From IMG/VR virus record IMGVR_UViG_3300028569_002824, positions 32,001-96,000 of that record: 64,000 nt of DNA; one strand, written 5' to 3'. Source of the DNA: a virus. This document shows positions 1 to 10,332 of the stretch, piece after piece; position 1 is the stretch's first letter; each line of letters begins with the position of its first letter. The notes below the pieces were generated by a model. The model was not told the origin of the DNA and did not search any database. It saw nothing but the letters and a program-made list of their open reading frames with translations. The translations under genes and the position numbers were made by a program.

Positions 1-244
1 TCTTCTGAGCATTAGCCAATATTTTGTTGATAATGAGCGTTTTACCTGCTCCAGATGGACCGGAAAATCCTGTAATACGTCCTACCGGAATTCCTTTATA
101 TAAGGATCCAGAAATAATAGCGTTTAAAGCCTTTGATCCAGTATCAATCCAGTCAGATGGAGTTGAAATACAATTGTCATCAAGAAGACCGCCGTCTGGA
201 TTCATCTTGTCTACATCACCAAAAATGTTTTTTAAATTATTCAT
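1..244 (-). CDS. uvsX: UvsX/RecA-like recombinase, N-terminal part (truncated by the window edge)
   Basis: Manual translation from ATG 244: MNNLKNIFGDVDKMNPDGGLL...WIDTGSKALNAIISGSLYKGIPVGRITGFSGPSGAGKT. This has the RecA-type N-terminal motif and a Walker A. Not in the supplied ORF track. Confidence 0.9.
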   Translation of the reverse strand, partial: MNNLKNIFGDVDKMNPDGGLLDDNCISTPSDWIDTGSKALNAIISGSLYKGIPVGRITGFSGPSGAGKTLIINKILANAQK

Positions 245-284
245 GTCTTATGTAGTTTCAACCAACTTTAGTTATTATCAACAA

Positions 285-318
285 ACAAAAAAGGAGAGGA
301 ACTAAAACCTCTCCTTTT
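285..318 (-). terminator. Intrinsic terminator downstream of ORF 343-699
   Basis: 11-bp inverted repeat aaaaggagagg (289-299) / cctctcctttt (308-318), followed by a U-rich tract on the minus strand. Confidence 0.75.
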
Positions 319-342
319 CTGGTTTCTTCTGTTTACTTAAAT

Positions 343-699
343 TTATTCTTCATCAAATAGTTTCACTACAGATGGAGACTCGACTGGAGGAGCTTCTTGA
401 ACAGCAAAGAGCTGATTATATTGAGCGATGAGTTGAGGAGACAAAGATAATCCACTCGTAGTGGTAATATTATTTTTCTTAAAGTGCCAAACCGTAGGAG
501 ATTGCCTGTCAGCTTGAAACTCTTTAAAGAAAAGAGGAATAATTTGAAGTTGTAGTTGATTGCTTTGTGCATTGGGTTGAATGAGAATTAATGCTGGATT
601 TTCCACGATTAATTCTTCTGAGGTGTCTTTTTTAGATACACCTAAAATAGTTCTTCCGATATTGTCTAAGAAGATAATTGGAGTTTGTATATTGCTCAT
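343..699 (-). CDS. Hypothetical protein (possible Sm-like beta fold)
   Basis: 118-aa ORF with TAAATA directly before the ATG. Confidence 0.6.
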   Translation of the reverse strand: MSNIQTPIIFLDNIGRTILGVSKKDTSEELIVENPALILIQPNAQSNQLQLQIIPLFFKEFQADRQSPTVWHFKKNNITTTSGLSLSPQLIAQYNQLFAVQEAPPVESPSVVKLFDEE

Positions 700-701
700 A
701 T

Positions 702-962
702 TTAGATACTAAGTTTCTCACAATTTTTTGATAAGGCAACAGATTTAATTAAATGATCAAATACCTTTCCGCCCTTTTGTGTTATCAACAATCTTCCGTC
801 CGACGTAATCCAAATTAAATCATACATTTCCAGTAGATACACAAACTCTTCTACATTACCAGCATAAAGACAATCATCCAAATAAACATCCTCTTCTGTG
901 ATAGACTTTAACGTAAGATACATTTCTTTGTAGCTTATATGATTAAAGAGCTGCTCAGCCAT
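702..962 (-). CDS. Hypothetical protein, possible winged-helix
   Basis: 86-aa ORF in tandem with pol; 'LLEMYDLIW...LLITQKG' resembles a wHTH wing. Confidence 0.5.
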   Translation of the reverse strand: MAEQLFNHISYKEMYLTLKSITEEDVYLDDCLYAGNVEEFVYLLEMYDLIWITSDGRLLITQKGGKVFDHLIKSVALSKNCEKLSI

Positions 963-967
963 GGGAG

Positions 968-3520
968 TTAATTATCTCCAAATAACTCGAATAAATCTGT
1001 TTGTGTGTCTTTTCCTATTACCGGAAGATGCCATCCAATAGCTTCATACAGTCTTTCTGTTGGCTGAGTAACTAATTTCGAAAACATCTTATCCCAGTCA
1101 ATTTTTATATTAAACTCGGAAGGTAACACTGAAACATATGAAATAGCATCCAAACCGTATTTATTCTTTGCACAATATAGCTTTTTAACCTTCTGGGACG
1201 ATTGGATCGCTTCAAATTTATCGTCTATTTTTAACTCTTTTATTAAAATGTTATAAGCAATTGCCCCTTTTACGTGTGAAGGAGTACCTTTCTTGTATTT
1301 GTATAGAGAGGACTCTTTTGCATATTTTTCTAAGTTGTTAATAGAGGTCCTTGCAGCAATGTCATTAGGATCAAGTTTACAAAATTCTTCGTAACTGTTC
1401 TTGTATATATCGTTGGTTTGCTTGATATTTTCAGTAAGGAGAGCGGTTTTAATAATGCTTTCCAAGAATTTTTTAACCCTTTTAGGAGTAGTTGACCTCA
1501 CCAATTCAATTCCAGTATATTTAAATTTGTCGACCGAAACACCCTCGTCATCTAATACATGGAGAATGTATCGTTTCTTCTGTAAAAAAATACCAACATC
1601 TGAAATGACTTCTCTTTTAAACACATATCTTGGATCTACGGAAAATAATTCCTTTCTGGCCCAATTTAATATTTCAACATTAACATACTCATCGAGCTTA
1701 TTAACTATAGTGTGAACTTCATCGTTAATTTTACCGTCTATTACTAAAGGGATTTTTAGTTTTTGTAATACTGAGTTTATTGACACATAGACTGAATCTG
1801 TATCACCGTATTTTGTAATTGTTTCTAAAATACCAAAATTATTTCTAACAAAATCATCTAATATGTTACCACCAGCTCTTGCAACGTTTTGACCAGTTGT
1901 GGTAATTGATGTCGCATTATCTATATCCATTAACGAAGAATGCTTATTTGCAAATGTTCCGTAAATAGAGTTAAGCAAAATTTTAAGGGTATATTGTAGC
2001 GTATCGTAATATGTAAGCTTTAACAAAGAATCTCTATCCTTTTTTCCTGTTTTTTTAAGCTTTGAAAGTTGCGTTTTAGTGTCAACCCGTTCTTTATATA
2101 TTTGATCGATAAGATTCGGAATTACACCCTTTTCTTTTTGTGAATATAATACTCCAGCAGACGAAATGGATACCTTTTCACTAGTTAAAAATTTCTTTAA
2201 CTTTTCTGTGGTTAGTTTGTGGGTCTTGTTATTTATTAAACGTAACGTGACTTCTGGAGTGACTCCAAATTCTCCCTCTACAATCTTGCCTATTTTAGTT
2301 TCAGGAGAAATGTTTAGGGTTATAATGGTATTTGGATACAAGGAATTCACGTCAAAACTAACTATAGCCTTTTGTATACCCTTTTCTGGATCTCTTACAA
2401 ATCCTCCTTCGTATGACTCTCTTTCCTGTTTATTCGGAAATGTCGGAATAATAAAACCTTGTTTTGATGCTTGGATGGATACTGCTCCAGTAACAATAGA
2501 GACCTTTCCAAGCGCTGCCTCAAAGTTAGTACAACCTTTATACGAAAGAACTCGTGCAATTTCCAAAAACTTTAACTTCTCTTCCAATTTAACCAACAAA
2601 TGTACGTCTTGGATGTTGTAATCTACAAACAAATTCCAATCTGTTTGAGCGAGCTCTCCTAAGCTGACTGCATTGTGAGCAATTTTACCTTCCCCTAATT
2701 CTAGTTCAGAAATATAATTTAGACTAAAGGACTCCTTTTCACCTGGAGAAAAAGTCTTATACAAGTCCATATAATCAATTAATGAAATTCCACTAATTGA
2801 CCACACAGTAACCTCTCTTCCCATGTCTGTGAATACTTTCCTTCCTCTCACAACGCCAACAGGAGAGAGTTGATTTACAAATTCCTCTCCAAATAACTTT
2901 ATAAATCTGTTAATAATATACGGAAAATCAAATCCGCTACTGTTCCAGCCAGAAGCGATGTCTGGGTAGTCAAATTTCCAAAAATCAACAAACTGTAAGA
3001 TTAATTCTCGCTCATCTTTACATCTATGATAAATGCAATTGGGCAATGTTGGATTATATTGCTTCTCCAGTCCCCAGGTATGAGTGGACTTAGTCAGTGT
3101 GTCATATACTGTAATTAAATTTATTGGAACCGCGGCTTTTTCTGGTACGGGAAACGCGGAGTCAAATGTTGTGTCAACTTCAATGTCCAACAAAAATATC
3201 TTGAGCGGAAATTTAGAAAAATCTGGATCATTATTAACATCCTTATACATCTCAATAAGAAACTGTTGCTCTGGTCCTAAATTGTGAAAAATCCTATTAA
3301 TAGACGAGTTGTCTACAAATTTTCTTCGCTCAATGCTGTTTTTAAATATTTTTTTAACAAGAGACGTTTTGAAGATGGAAAGTGCGTCTTTTGAACCTTC
3401 CTTTTCTACATAAATGTACGGACGAAAGGGAATTTCAGAATCTATTCGAGTTCCTTCTTGAGACCACGTGCGAAGAAAAACGGACTCGTTAAAGGGATTG
3501 TAGGTTGCTGATCTATACAT
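968..3520 (-). CDS. 43: Family B DNA polymerase (T4 gp43-like)
   Basis: Exo motifs DIEV, GWNSSGFDFPY and YNIQDV; polymerase motifs SFDVNSLYP, KILLNSIYG and YGDTDS. Confidence 0.97.
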   Translation of the reverse strand: MYRSATYNPFNESVFLRTWSQEGTRIDSEIPFRPYIYVEKEGSKDALSIFKTSLVKKIFKNSIERRKFVDNSSINRIFHNLGPEQQFLIEMYKDVNNDPDFSKFPLKIFLLDIEVDTTFDSAFPVPEKAAVPINLITVYDTLTKSTHTWGLEKQYNPTLPNCIYHRCKDERELILQFVDFWKFDYPDIASGWNSSGFDFPYIINRFIKLFGEEFVNQLSPVGVVRGRKVFTDMGREVTVWSISGISLIDYMDLYKTFSPGEKESFSLNYISELELGEGKIAHNAVSLGELAQTDWNLFVDYNIQDVHLLVKLEEKLKFLEIARVLSYKGCTNFEAALGKVSIVTGAVSIQASKQGFIIPTFPNKQERESYEGGFVRDPEKGIQKAIVSFDVNSLYPNTIITLNISPETKIGKIVEGEFGVTPEVTLRLINNKTHKLTTEKLKKFLTSEKVSISSAGVLYSQKEKGVIPNLIDQIYKERVDTKTQLSKLKKTGKKDRDSLLKLTYYDTLQYTLKILLNSIYGTFANKHSSLMDIDNATSITTTGQNVARAGGNILDDFVRNNFGILETITKYGDTDSVYVSINSVLQKLKIPLVIDGKINDEVHTIVNKLDEYVNVEILNWARKELFSVDPRYVFKREVISDVGIFLQKKRYILHVLDDEGVSVDKFKYTGIELVRSTTPKRVKKFLESIIKTALLTENIKQTNDIYKNSYEEFCKLDPNDIAARTSINNLEKYAKESSLYKYKKGTPSHVKGAIAYNILIKELKIDDKFEAIQSSQKVKKLYCAKNKYGLDAISYVSVLPSEFNIKIDWDKMFSKLVTQPTERLYEAIGWHLPVIGKDTQTDLFELFGDN

Positions 3521-3553
3521 ACGTTTAGAATGTACACTAACAAAGCAAAGAGA

Positions 3554-4774
3554 TCAACGAATGAATTTTCGTTCAGTTGAACCGAATGGAGTAAAGTAAC
3601 TCTCATAAAATTTCATGAGATTTGTATCATCGTCTAACCAAAACTGTTCTGCGTGTTGTCTTGATTTTTTGCAAAAGTCTAAATATGTCGTTTGATTTTT
3701 GAGTGCGGTTTTAATGCAGTCAATAAATTCATTTGCAGTAGAGTATTTTAAGAACGCATCTTTATATGTAACCATGTCCGGACATACGCACGGAATGCCT
3801 AATGCACCAGACTCAATTAATTTGATGTTTGATTTGCATCGATTGAAAGTGTTGTCTTGAAGACAAGCAAATGTCAATTGAGCACCAGAATTTGCCATAG
3901 TATTAGGAAAGTTGGTAAGCTGAACCCAAGGAAAAAATTTCATTTCCTTTCTGTCTATATACGGTTTAAGTGCTTGTGGAAAAGATCCGTAAAAATGCCA
4001 CTCAAATTCAGTCTTGGTTTTAATTATATGAGAGGTAACTGATGAAAAATCATCTTGCTGGTTATTTCGGTTAGCTACATCAACATGGGTTCCTGAAGCA
4101 AAAATAGCAATTACAGGTTTCTTTTTGTTTTTTTCAAATTTTTTATTTAGATCTCCAAGATTATAGTATCGATCGAACCACCACTTCATTAGATAATTTG
4201 GAATAGCTGTCACGTTTTTATTTCCGGATTGACTAATCATATAATCCCTAAAATATTCAGAGGTTACTGTGATTTCATCCATAACAGATAGTATCTCTCT
4301 GATTGAACTTTGTATAACGGGATCTATAAACGCTTCTCTGTTTTTGTTATATAATGGAATATCCTCAGCAAACACCACATCGTCTACTTCATATATAAGC
4401 TTTAGTGGTCGCTTGGTTTTTAATTGATGTAAGAATTTAACAAAATCCCTCTGATACGGTGTTGCTTGCCTTTGGAATTTGACAGCTTCAACTGTTTGAT
4501 AAAAATTAGGATCTAATATCATAGCAGTAGATTCGGTTATGACTGCTTTGCTGTTCAAATTTAACAACAAATTTGGAGCAATACATCTATAATAACCACA
4601 ACCGCCATGATCTGCTAAATAATTCATTGCTCGTTTAAGTCCTGAACCAGGAATGCTCGGAGGTTGATGAGAACTAGGAACAACATACGAATGTCCTCCG
4701 ATTGGGGATCCTAATGGAATTCCAACAGGGGCTCCTATAACTTGCTTTATTCCATACTGGACAATTGAATTCAT
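3554..4774 (-). CDS. Glycosyltransferase (GT-B/GT4-like, phage type)
   Basis: GGCGYYR, YEVDD and FNRCKSNIKLIE-GALGIP motifs; preceded by TAAATA (4780-4785). Confidence 0.75.
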   Translation of the reverse strand: MNSIVQYGIKQVIGAPVGIPLGSPIGGHSYVVPSSHQPPSIPGSGLKRAMNYLADHGGCGYYRCIAPNLLLNLNSKAVITESTAMILDPNFYQTVEAVKFQRQATPYQRDFVKFLHQLKTKRPLKLIYEVDDVVFAEDIPLYNKNREAFIDPVIQSSIREILSVMDEITVTSEYFRDYMISQSGNKNVTAIPNYLMKWWFDRYYNLGDLNKKFEKNKKKPVIAIFASGTHVDVANRNNQQDDFSSVTSHIIKTKTEFEWHFYGSFPQALKPYIDRKEMKFFPWVQLTNFPNTMANSGAQLTFACLQDNTFNRCKSNIKLIESGALGIPCVCPDMVTYKDAFLKYSTANEFIDCIKTALKNQTTYLDFCKKSRQHAEQFWLDDDTNLMKFYESYFTPFGSTERKFIR

Positions 4775-4782
4775 AAATATAT

Positions 4783-6609
4783 TTAAACTAATTTTTGTAA
4801 ATATCTATCCGGAGTATTTTTAGAAATAGATGATATTCCGTTTTGTTTTACTACGTGGATTGTGTGATTAGACTTAAATGTACCATGAAGTCCTCTGTGA
4901 GTAATAATATAACAAGACTCTTCACATTCTGTAAAGCGGTCTTGTAATATTTTCACCGTTAAATTTACACCTCTGTCGTCTAATGAAGAATCAAAAAGTT
5001 CGTCGTAAAAAATAGTGCTAAAATTAACATCTCCTTGTAATCTGCGAATGTCAGCAAATGCAAACAAACAAGCTAAATCTATCCTTTTTCTTTCTCCTCC
5101 CGAAAAATTAAAATACGACTTTTGAGATTTTTTTTCGTCTATTATTTCTTCCTCAAAAAATTCATTAAATTTACATAAACAGTTCGCTTCTAATTTTTTT
5201 AAATACAAAGCCAACCTATCATTTAAAATTGTTAGTATCTTTTTTACAATAAAAGATTTAATGCCTTCTTCGGATAGTACAAATTTAACTGATTCTAACA
5301 CATTTAACGTATTATTTAAAGCATTAACGTTTTTGTTTTTAGAATTAATTGTAATCAAAAGCTCATCAATTTTCTGTTTTAGTCCATCGTTTTGTTCTTG
5401 TTTAATTAAATCAATTTCTTTAAGGGTGTCGTTTAAATTTGATTGCAAATGTTCCAGTTTTGCTGAAACTAATTCATTAGCAGTTTTGAAGTTATTAATT
5501 ACGTTTAACTCATTTTGAGCATTTTCTTTATTTTGTTCTAAAACTCTTAAGCCTTGTTTGATGGAGATCAATTCTTTGCTTAATTTACTAATCGCTTGAT
5601 TGTATAAAAACAAATTACTATTAAGCTTTGAAAGAGATTCGTTAGCATGTGTAATATGTTCATCAGAGTATACTCTATTGCATGTGGGACAATTATCTTT
5701 ATTTTGATTTATTCGCTCTATTTGTCTGGTTAATGATTTTGATTCAGATTCTGCTTTAATTGATTTGGAAAGTGTTGCGGCCTTCTTTTCTTGTAATTCG
5801 TCAATATTTTTATTAAAAGTTAAAATCAACTGTTCTACTTCCGAAGAATCCTTTAAATTTTCATGTATTAATTTATTTGCGGATACAATTTCCTTAGAAA
5901 TGCATTCCCTCTTTTCATCTAATTTATTAATTCTGTCTTCTTTTATTCGTTCGTAGTTGTTTAATTGAGCGTTATTGAACGCTAACTCGGATTGCATTTG
6001 CTCTAATAATGAATATTCTATTTCGTATTCTTTTTTGCTGCTATTGTAATCATCTCTAGCTCTTAAAACCATAGCTGAAAAAACTTCCAACCCCAAAATA
6101 CTTTCGATAAATTTTCTCTTATCCACCTTAGATAAAGCCATGAATGGAAGAGTGGAGTTTGCAGCCATTATGACAGAATTTTGGAAAACGGTTGCTGACG
6201 TGTGGATTATTGATTGGATTAATTCATTAGTCTTTGCTAAAGTCGATCTAGTAATCTCTTCGTTGTTTTTAAAAATCTGACATTTCGTCGGATTTAGCTT
6301 TCTTGTTATAGTGTATAAGTCAATTACTCCGTTTGAGGATATACTAAAGTCAAGAGATACCTCCATCTTTTTTTGGGTTACACTGTTTTGAATGTTGTCT
6401 TTTGATATTTCTCTCAGCGTAGATCCATATAAACAATAATATAGTAGTTCAGTAATGCTGGATTTGCCAGCACCATTCTTAGAGTCTTCTTTATCGAGAT
6501 TAGTTCCGATTATTGTATTAACCCCTGAACACAAATCCACACAGACAGGAACATCTCCAAATGATAAAAAATTTTGACCCTGAAGTCTTTTGAAAGTAAT
6601 AAATCGCAT
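4783..6609 (-). CDS. 46: Rad50/SbcC-like recombination ATPase (gp46)
   Basis: Walker A NGAGKSS, coiled coil, CPTC zinc hook, signature FSGGE, Walker B YDE, H-loop ITH. Confidence 0.95.
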   Translation of the reverse strand: MRFITFKRLQGQNFLSFGDVPVCVDLCSGVNTIIGTNLDKEDSKNGAGKSSITELLYYCLYGSTLREISKDNIQNSVTQKKMEVSLDFSISSNGVIDLYTITRKLNPTKCQIFKNNEEITRSTLAKTNELIQSIIHTSATVFQNSVIMAANSTLPFMALSKVDKRKFIESILGLEVFSAMVLRARDDYNSSKKEYEIEYSLLEQMQSELAFNNAQLNNYERIKEDRINKLDEKRECISKEIVSANKLIHENLKDSSEVEQLILTFNKNIDELQEKKAATLSKSIKAESESKSLTRQIERINQNKDNCPTCNRVYSDEHITHANESLSKLNSNLFLYNQAISKLSKELISIKQGLRVLEQNKENAQNELNVINNFKTANELVSAKLEHLQSNLNDTLKEIDLIKQEQNDGLKQKIDELLITINSKNKNVNALNNTLNVLESVKFVLSEEGIKSFIVKKILTILNDRLALYLKKLEANCLCKFNEFFEEEIIDEKKSQKSYFNFSGGERKRIDLACLFAFADIRRLQGDVNFSTIFYDELFDSSLDDRGVNLTVKILQDRFTECEESCYIITHRGLHGTFKSNHTIHVVKQNGISSISKNTPDRYLQKLV

Positions 6610-6641
6610 CAGTTAGTACAGTACTACGTTGAAAATGTTTG

Positions 6642-7985
6642 TCAAGCAATTGACAAAATACCTATTCCACAATTGTTGTTATATGGATGTTTGTACTCAG
6701 CTTCAATTTTGTGGAGTTTGCTTACTTCATTCCAACATTGTGCAACTCCTGTATTTGTATTGCTGATATCGTGAAAGATTAAATAACCAGGCTTGTTAAC
6801 AAATCTTAAGCTGTTTTTATAATCTTTCATAACTCCATCATAAGAATGATCCGCGTCAATAAAAATACAATCGTACGTTAAGGTATTTTGATCAAAAAAA
6901 TCATCTGTAGTACTGTTAAAAAAATTAAATTCCTTTTCTGGAAAAAATTGTTTGAGACGATTTACTTTGTTTAATATTTTAACATCAGTTTGCTTTATGT
7001 GGGAGAAGTCTTTATATGTCAGACAATCAACACAGTGTATTATTGAAGCAGATTGCTGCATAAAAATAGAATTTACGAAAAAACTTCCCCCATTAGCAAC
7101 ACCAAGTTCCAAATATGTTTTGATATCTGTATTTTTAAAAAAAGTTAAAAGATTACAATATTCTTCTGGAATTTGTTGGACTTCAAGATTGCCAACAAAA
7201 TTTGCATCAAAATAATTTGCGTCCGACACTCCAACTTCATTTCTTAAAAATTCAACCAATCTTTTTTTAGGCATTTGTATTAAACAACTTTTATAAAACT
7301 CAAAAGCAAGTTCTTTTAGTTTTTGTCTATTAAAAGATGTAAGATTTTTACCGTGAAAGCCAAAGCAATCGGTATTAACGTCAACATTTAAATCTTCGCA
7401 ATACTCCTCTTGAGCAAAATATTTTGCTATCTCTAGTGGTGCAATTTTTACTCCTGCATTTTCAAGTAACTCTCTCGAGGCTACGCATATTACCACATCT
7501 TCATTTGAATAAAGTGGAAGGTTTGGCGTTAAGTTTAGCAGTTTTTTACTTCTTAACGAGAATCCGCCATTGCCTACTCTATACTTTTCAGGCTTATTAA
7601 AATTAAACCATCGATTAGATGGCCACGGTGCACCCACGTAATCGTAGTTTAAAAACCTATCACTCCACTTGTTATGATTAGATATAAATCCATCTGCTTG
7701 TATGATGAGACAGAAGTCAGTCTTAATGTATTTGTTTAAATTATTAAGAATAAACGTATTGTATTCGTGTATATTTGAAATTTTAGAGATTTGTTGAAAT
7801 GAAATTTCATTTGGACAATTGAATGGTCGCTCATTGCTTAATAATAACACATCACTAAACCTAATGTGTTTGGATGATATTTTAAGAGCTTCTGTAGCCA
7901 TTTCAGGATTAATACAATCTATTGATACAAGTGTAATTTGAGGAAGTTGTTTATCTTTTTTCATGTGTTTTAAATTATTGGGCAT
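6642..7985 (-). CDS. DUF5672-like (GT-A-like) domain fused to a class I SAM methyltransferase (Methyltransf_24-like)
   Basis: N-terminal half: QADG, YDYVGAPW, VGNGGFSLRSKKL, NEDV, FGFHG. C-terminal half: YLELGVANGGS, IFIDADHSY, IFHD. Confidence 0.8.
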   Translation of the reverse strand: MPNNLKHMKKDKQLPQITLVSIDCINPEMATEALKISSKHIRFSDVLLLSNERPFNCPNEISFQQISKISNIHEYNTFILNNLNKYIKTDFCLIIQADGFISNHNKWSDRFLNYDYVGAPWPSNRWFNFNKPEKYRVGNGGFSLRSKKLLNLTPNLPLYSNEDVVICVASRELLENAGVKIAPLEIAKYFAQEEYCEDLNVDVNTDCFGFHGKNLTSFNRQKLKELAFEFYKSCLIQMPKKRLVEFLRNEVGVSDANYFDANFVGNLEVQQIPEEYCNLLTFFKNTDIKTYLELGVANGGSFFVNSIFMQQSASIIHCVDCLTYKDFSHIKQTDVKILNKVNRLKQFFPEKEFNFFNSTTDDFFDQNTLTYDCIFIDADHSYDGVMKDYKNSLRFVNKPGYLIFHDISNTNTGVAQCWNEVSKLHKIEAEYKHPYNNNCGIGILSIA

Positions 7986-8817
7986 TATTAAGCCGTGACT
8001 TTAAACAGCCGTTTCGTAGTTGTTTAATATATTGTATTGTGATTGCTTCAACTTCACTTACTTTTAAAAAACTTCCCTTGTCAGCTCTGGTCCAAAAGGT
8101 ACTATTGCAGAGCTCACTCCAGAGACTCTCAAATTCAGGATAATATTTCAATTGATTACAATTAAACACAGAATATGGATTCGAGCCGTCCATAGTCCAC
8201 TGTCGTTCATGCATCACATGAAAGATATAGTTATTATTACTCAAATATATATTTTTTGAATTCATTAACATCAACAACGTATATAGCACATCAAATCCAG
8301 GCTGTCCTATCAACATGTCGTGAAATAAATCTTTATGTAAAATCCACCATTTTTTGCTGACAACCCAACAATCAAATCCCGCAGGTTCGTTTCTCACAAC
8401 TGTAGCTTGTTCGTAAATAGATGTAATAGGTAAAATTTCAGTTCTTGTAATTCCGAATGCTTCAACGTCAGTATTATTTATGAGATCTATTAACTTTTGA
8501 CTAACTATAATATCACTATTACAAAACACAAAAATATCTTCAGCTAAATCACACGCATGATTTAACAAATCGTTAACAAACGAAAGGTTTTTGTCTCCCT
8601 TAACAACGCAATTAGAATTTCTTTTTATTAAATTGAAAACCGGAATGTCAATATTCGCATTTACATCTACGGGCATGATAAAGCCTATTTTGACGTTGTC
8701 GTTTTTTCGTTCAATATGTTTAAACGCATCTACACACAGCTCAACTCGCTTATTAGCTCCGACATGAGTGTATCGATCATCTGATGAACACAGAAAAATT
8801 TGTTTGTTATGTGTCAT
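7975..8817 (-). CDS. Putative GT-A-like glycosyltransferase
   Basis: FVFCNSDI (N/DxD-like), GFD, GQPGFD and a C-terminal HxxH; lies in the GT cluster. Confidence 0.5.
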   Translation of the reverse strand: MTHNKQIFLCSSDDRYTHVGANKRVELCVDAFKHIERKNDNVKIGFIMPVDVNANIDIPVFNLIKRNSNCVVKGDKNLSFVNDLLNHACDLAEDIFVFCNSDIIVSQKLIDLINNTDVEAFGITRTEILPITSIYEQATVVRNEPAGFDCWVVSKKWWILHKDLFHDMLIGQPGFDVLYTLLMLMNSKNIYLSNNNYIFHVMHERQWTMDGSNPYSVFNCNQLKYYPEFESLWSELCNSTFWTRADKGSFLKVSEVEAITIQYIKQLRNGCLKSRLNNAQ

Positions 8818-9550
8818 ATTTTAGATATAATTCATCTTTAATTGAAGGAAACACCTTATACTGATGAATGATATTGTTGTCTATAGATGTTTTGATTTGT
8901 TGTGCCATATTATTTACATTGCAAGAATCAAGAAAGCACTTCGCGCTGTCAAAATACACCAGTTTATTCACGATTGCTTGCTCTACTATGGGGTAGTTTA
9001 TTTTGCCTAAAATCACAGACATTTCCTTTACCATTAATTGCATAAATTCTAACAATTCAGAGTAATTTGACAAATATATACCAGCATTTACAACAATTTT
9101 ATCTAACATCGAATTTAATACAACTGGTCCATAACATATGTTAATCCAAGTTGAATTACAATCACAGTGTCTAAAGTTTTTATCTTCTAAAAATAATGTA
9201 AATTGACCAGTAAACAAGTCAAATGGATTACATTTAAAATAAATATCACTTATATCACACAACAATATAGTATGATTTTGCAATACGTCTTTATTTTTCC
9301 TTAAAAACAAATAAGAATAAATGACTTTATTATTATATGGAGAGGTGTTGAAAGTAACTTTATATTCTGAACAATCAATACAATTAACGTTTTGACTACG
9401 TAAAAAGGTCAATAATTTTTCGTCTACACTTTTATATAAAACGGTAATTAGATCATTATAATGTTCTCTTAAACTCTTAAACGTAACTTTAATTCCGCTT
9501 AAGTCGTAATTGGTCCCCTCTATATAGCAAATACAATTAGTATTTTTCAT
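8807..9550 (-). CDS. Putative GT-A glycosyltransferase
   Basis: LLCDISDIYFKCNPF, VNAG, EQAIVN and HQY motifs. Confidence 0.6.
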   Translation of the reverse strand: MKNTNCICYIEGTNYDLSGIKVTFKSLREHYNDLITVLYKSVDEKLLTFLRSQNVNCIDCSEYKVTFNTSPYNNKVIYSYLFLRKNKDVLQNHTILLCDISDIYFKCNPFDLFTGQFTLFLEDKNFRHCDCNSTWINICYGPVVLNSMLDKIVVNAGIYLSNYSELLEFMQLMVKEMSVILGKINYPIVEQAIVNKLVYFDSAKCFLDSCNVNNMAQQIKTSIDNNIIHQYKVFPSIKDELYLKYDT

Positions 9551-10332
9551 CCGTTTTTTATTGCCTTTAATGTTTGTGTAACAAAATCCTTACTTACATC
9601 GGGGATTTGGTTTGTGAACTTTCCCCATTTTTTAATAAAATATGCAGCTGAATTATTCACATTCTGGTTATACTGATCTTTATTTGTAATAGTAGAAAGA
9701 GCAGAACTTGTTGGAATGCTTTCTAAATAATCAATGCTATTATGAATGTCTGGAAAATACCAAAATGGAGGCATTACATTTTTGCTAATTAAATTGTATG
9801 CAACGTCAATGTGTTCGAATGCATTCTGATATTGTTCGTCAAACACACAATCTTCTTCGTCAATAAGATTTAAATTAAAATACATCAACCCTCCTTGAGG
9901 ATTATGATACAAATCTACTCCTAGTGTCGTTGAATACATGCACGTCAATTTAAGATTGGTTTGATACTTTTTTGTTATTTCAACAGGACCAAAACATAAA
10001 TGAGGGATATTAGATATGTCAGAAACATCTATGTATTGTTGAAACACATCAGGGTTTTTAACGAACACGTCATCTTCAAACAAAAAGAGATCTGTACATC
10101 TGTGTTCGATTAGACATCGAATCGCACGGTTTTTTGTTTTTGATACTCCCAATTGTGAGTCGTTAAATATTACAGTGTCTGCATCAGACGTCAACGCATA
10201 CCGATTAACACCATCATTTACTACTACTGAGTGGTATGAAGTATTCTTAGGCAAGGATTCAATTACCTTTCGGTAAAATTCTGGTCTGTTATACGTAATA
10301 ACTCCTATTCCAATTTTACGAGAATTTACCAT
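9547..10332 (-). CDS. GT2-family glycosyltransferase
   Basis: GVITYNR, VVNDG, GVSKTKN, FLFEDD, FEHID. Confidence 0.85.
   Translation of the reverse strand: MVNSRKIGIGVITYNRPEFYRKVIESLPKNTSYHSVVVNDGVNRYALTSDADTVIFNDSQLGVSKTKNRAIRCLIEHRCTDLFLFEDDVFVKNPDVFQQYIDVSDISNIPHLCFGPVEITKKYQTNLKLTCMYSTTLGVDLYHNPQGGLMYFNLNLIDEEDCVFDEQYQNAFEHIDVAYNLISKNVMPPFWYFPDIHNSIDYLESIPTSSALSTITNKDQYNQNVNNSAAYFIKKWGKFTNQIPDVSKDFVTQTLKAIKNG

Noticed and set aside
968-3520. Intein or intron in the DNA polymerase
   Set aside because: The 850-aa ORF is continuous with normally spaced motifs
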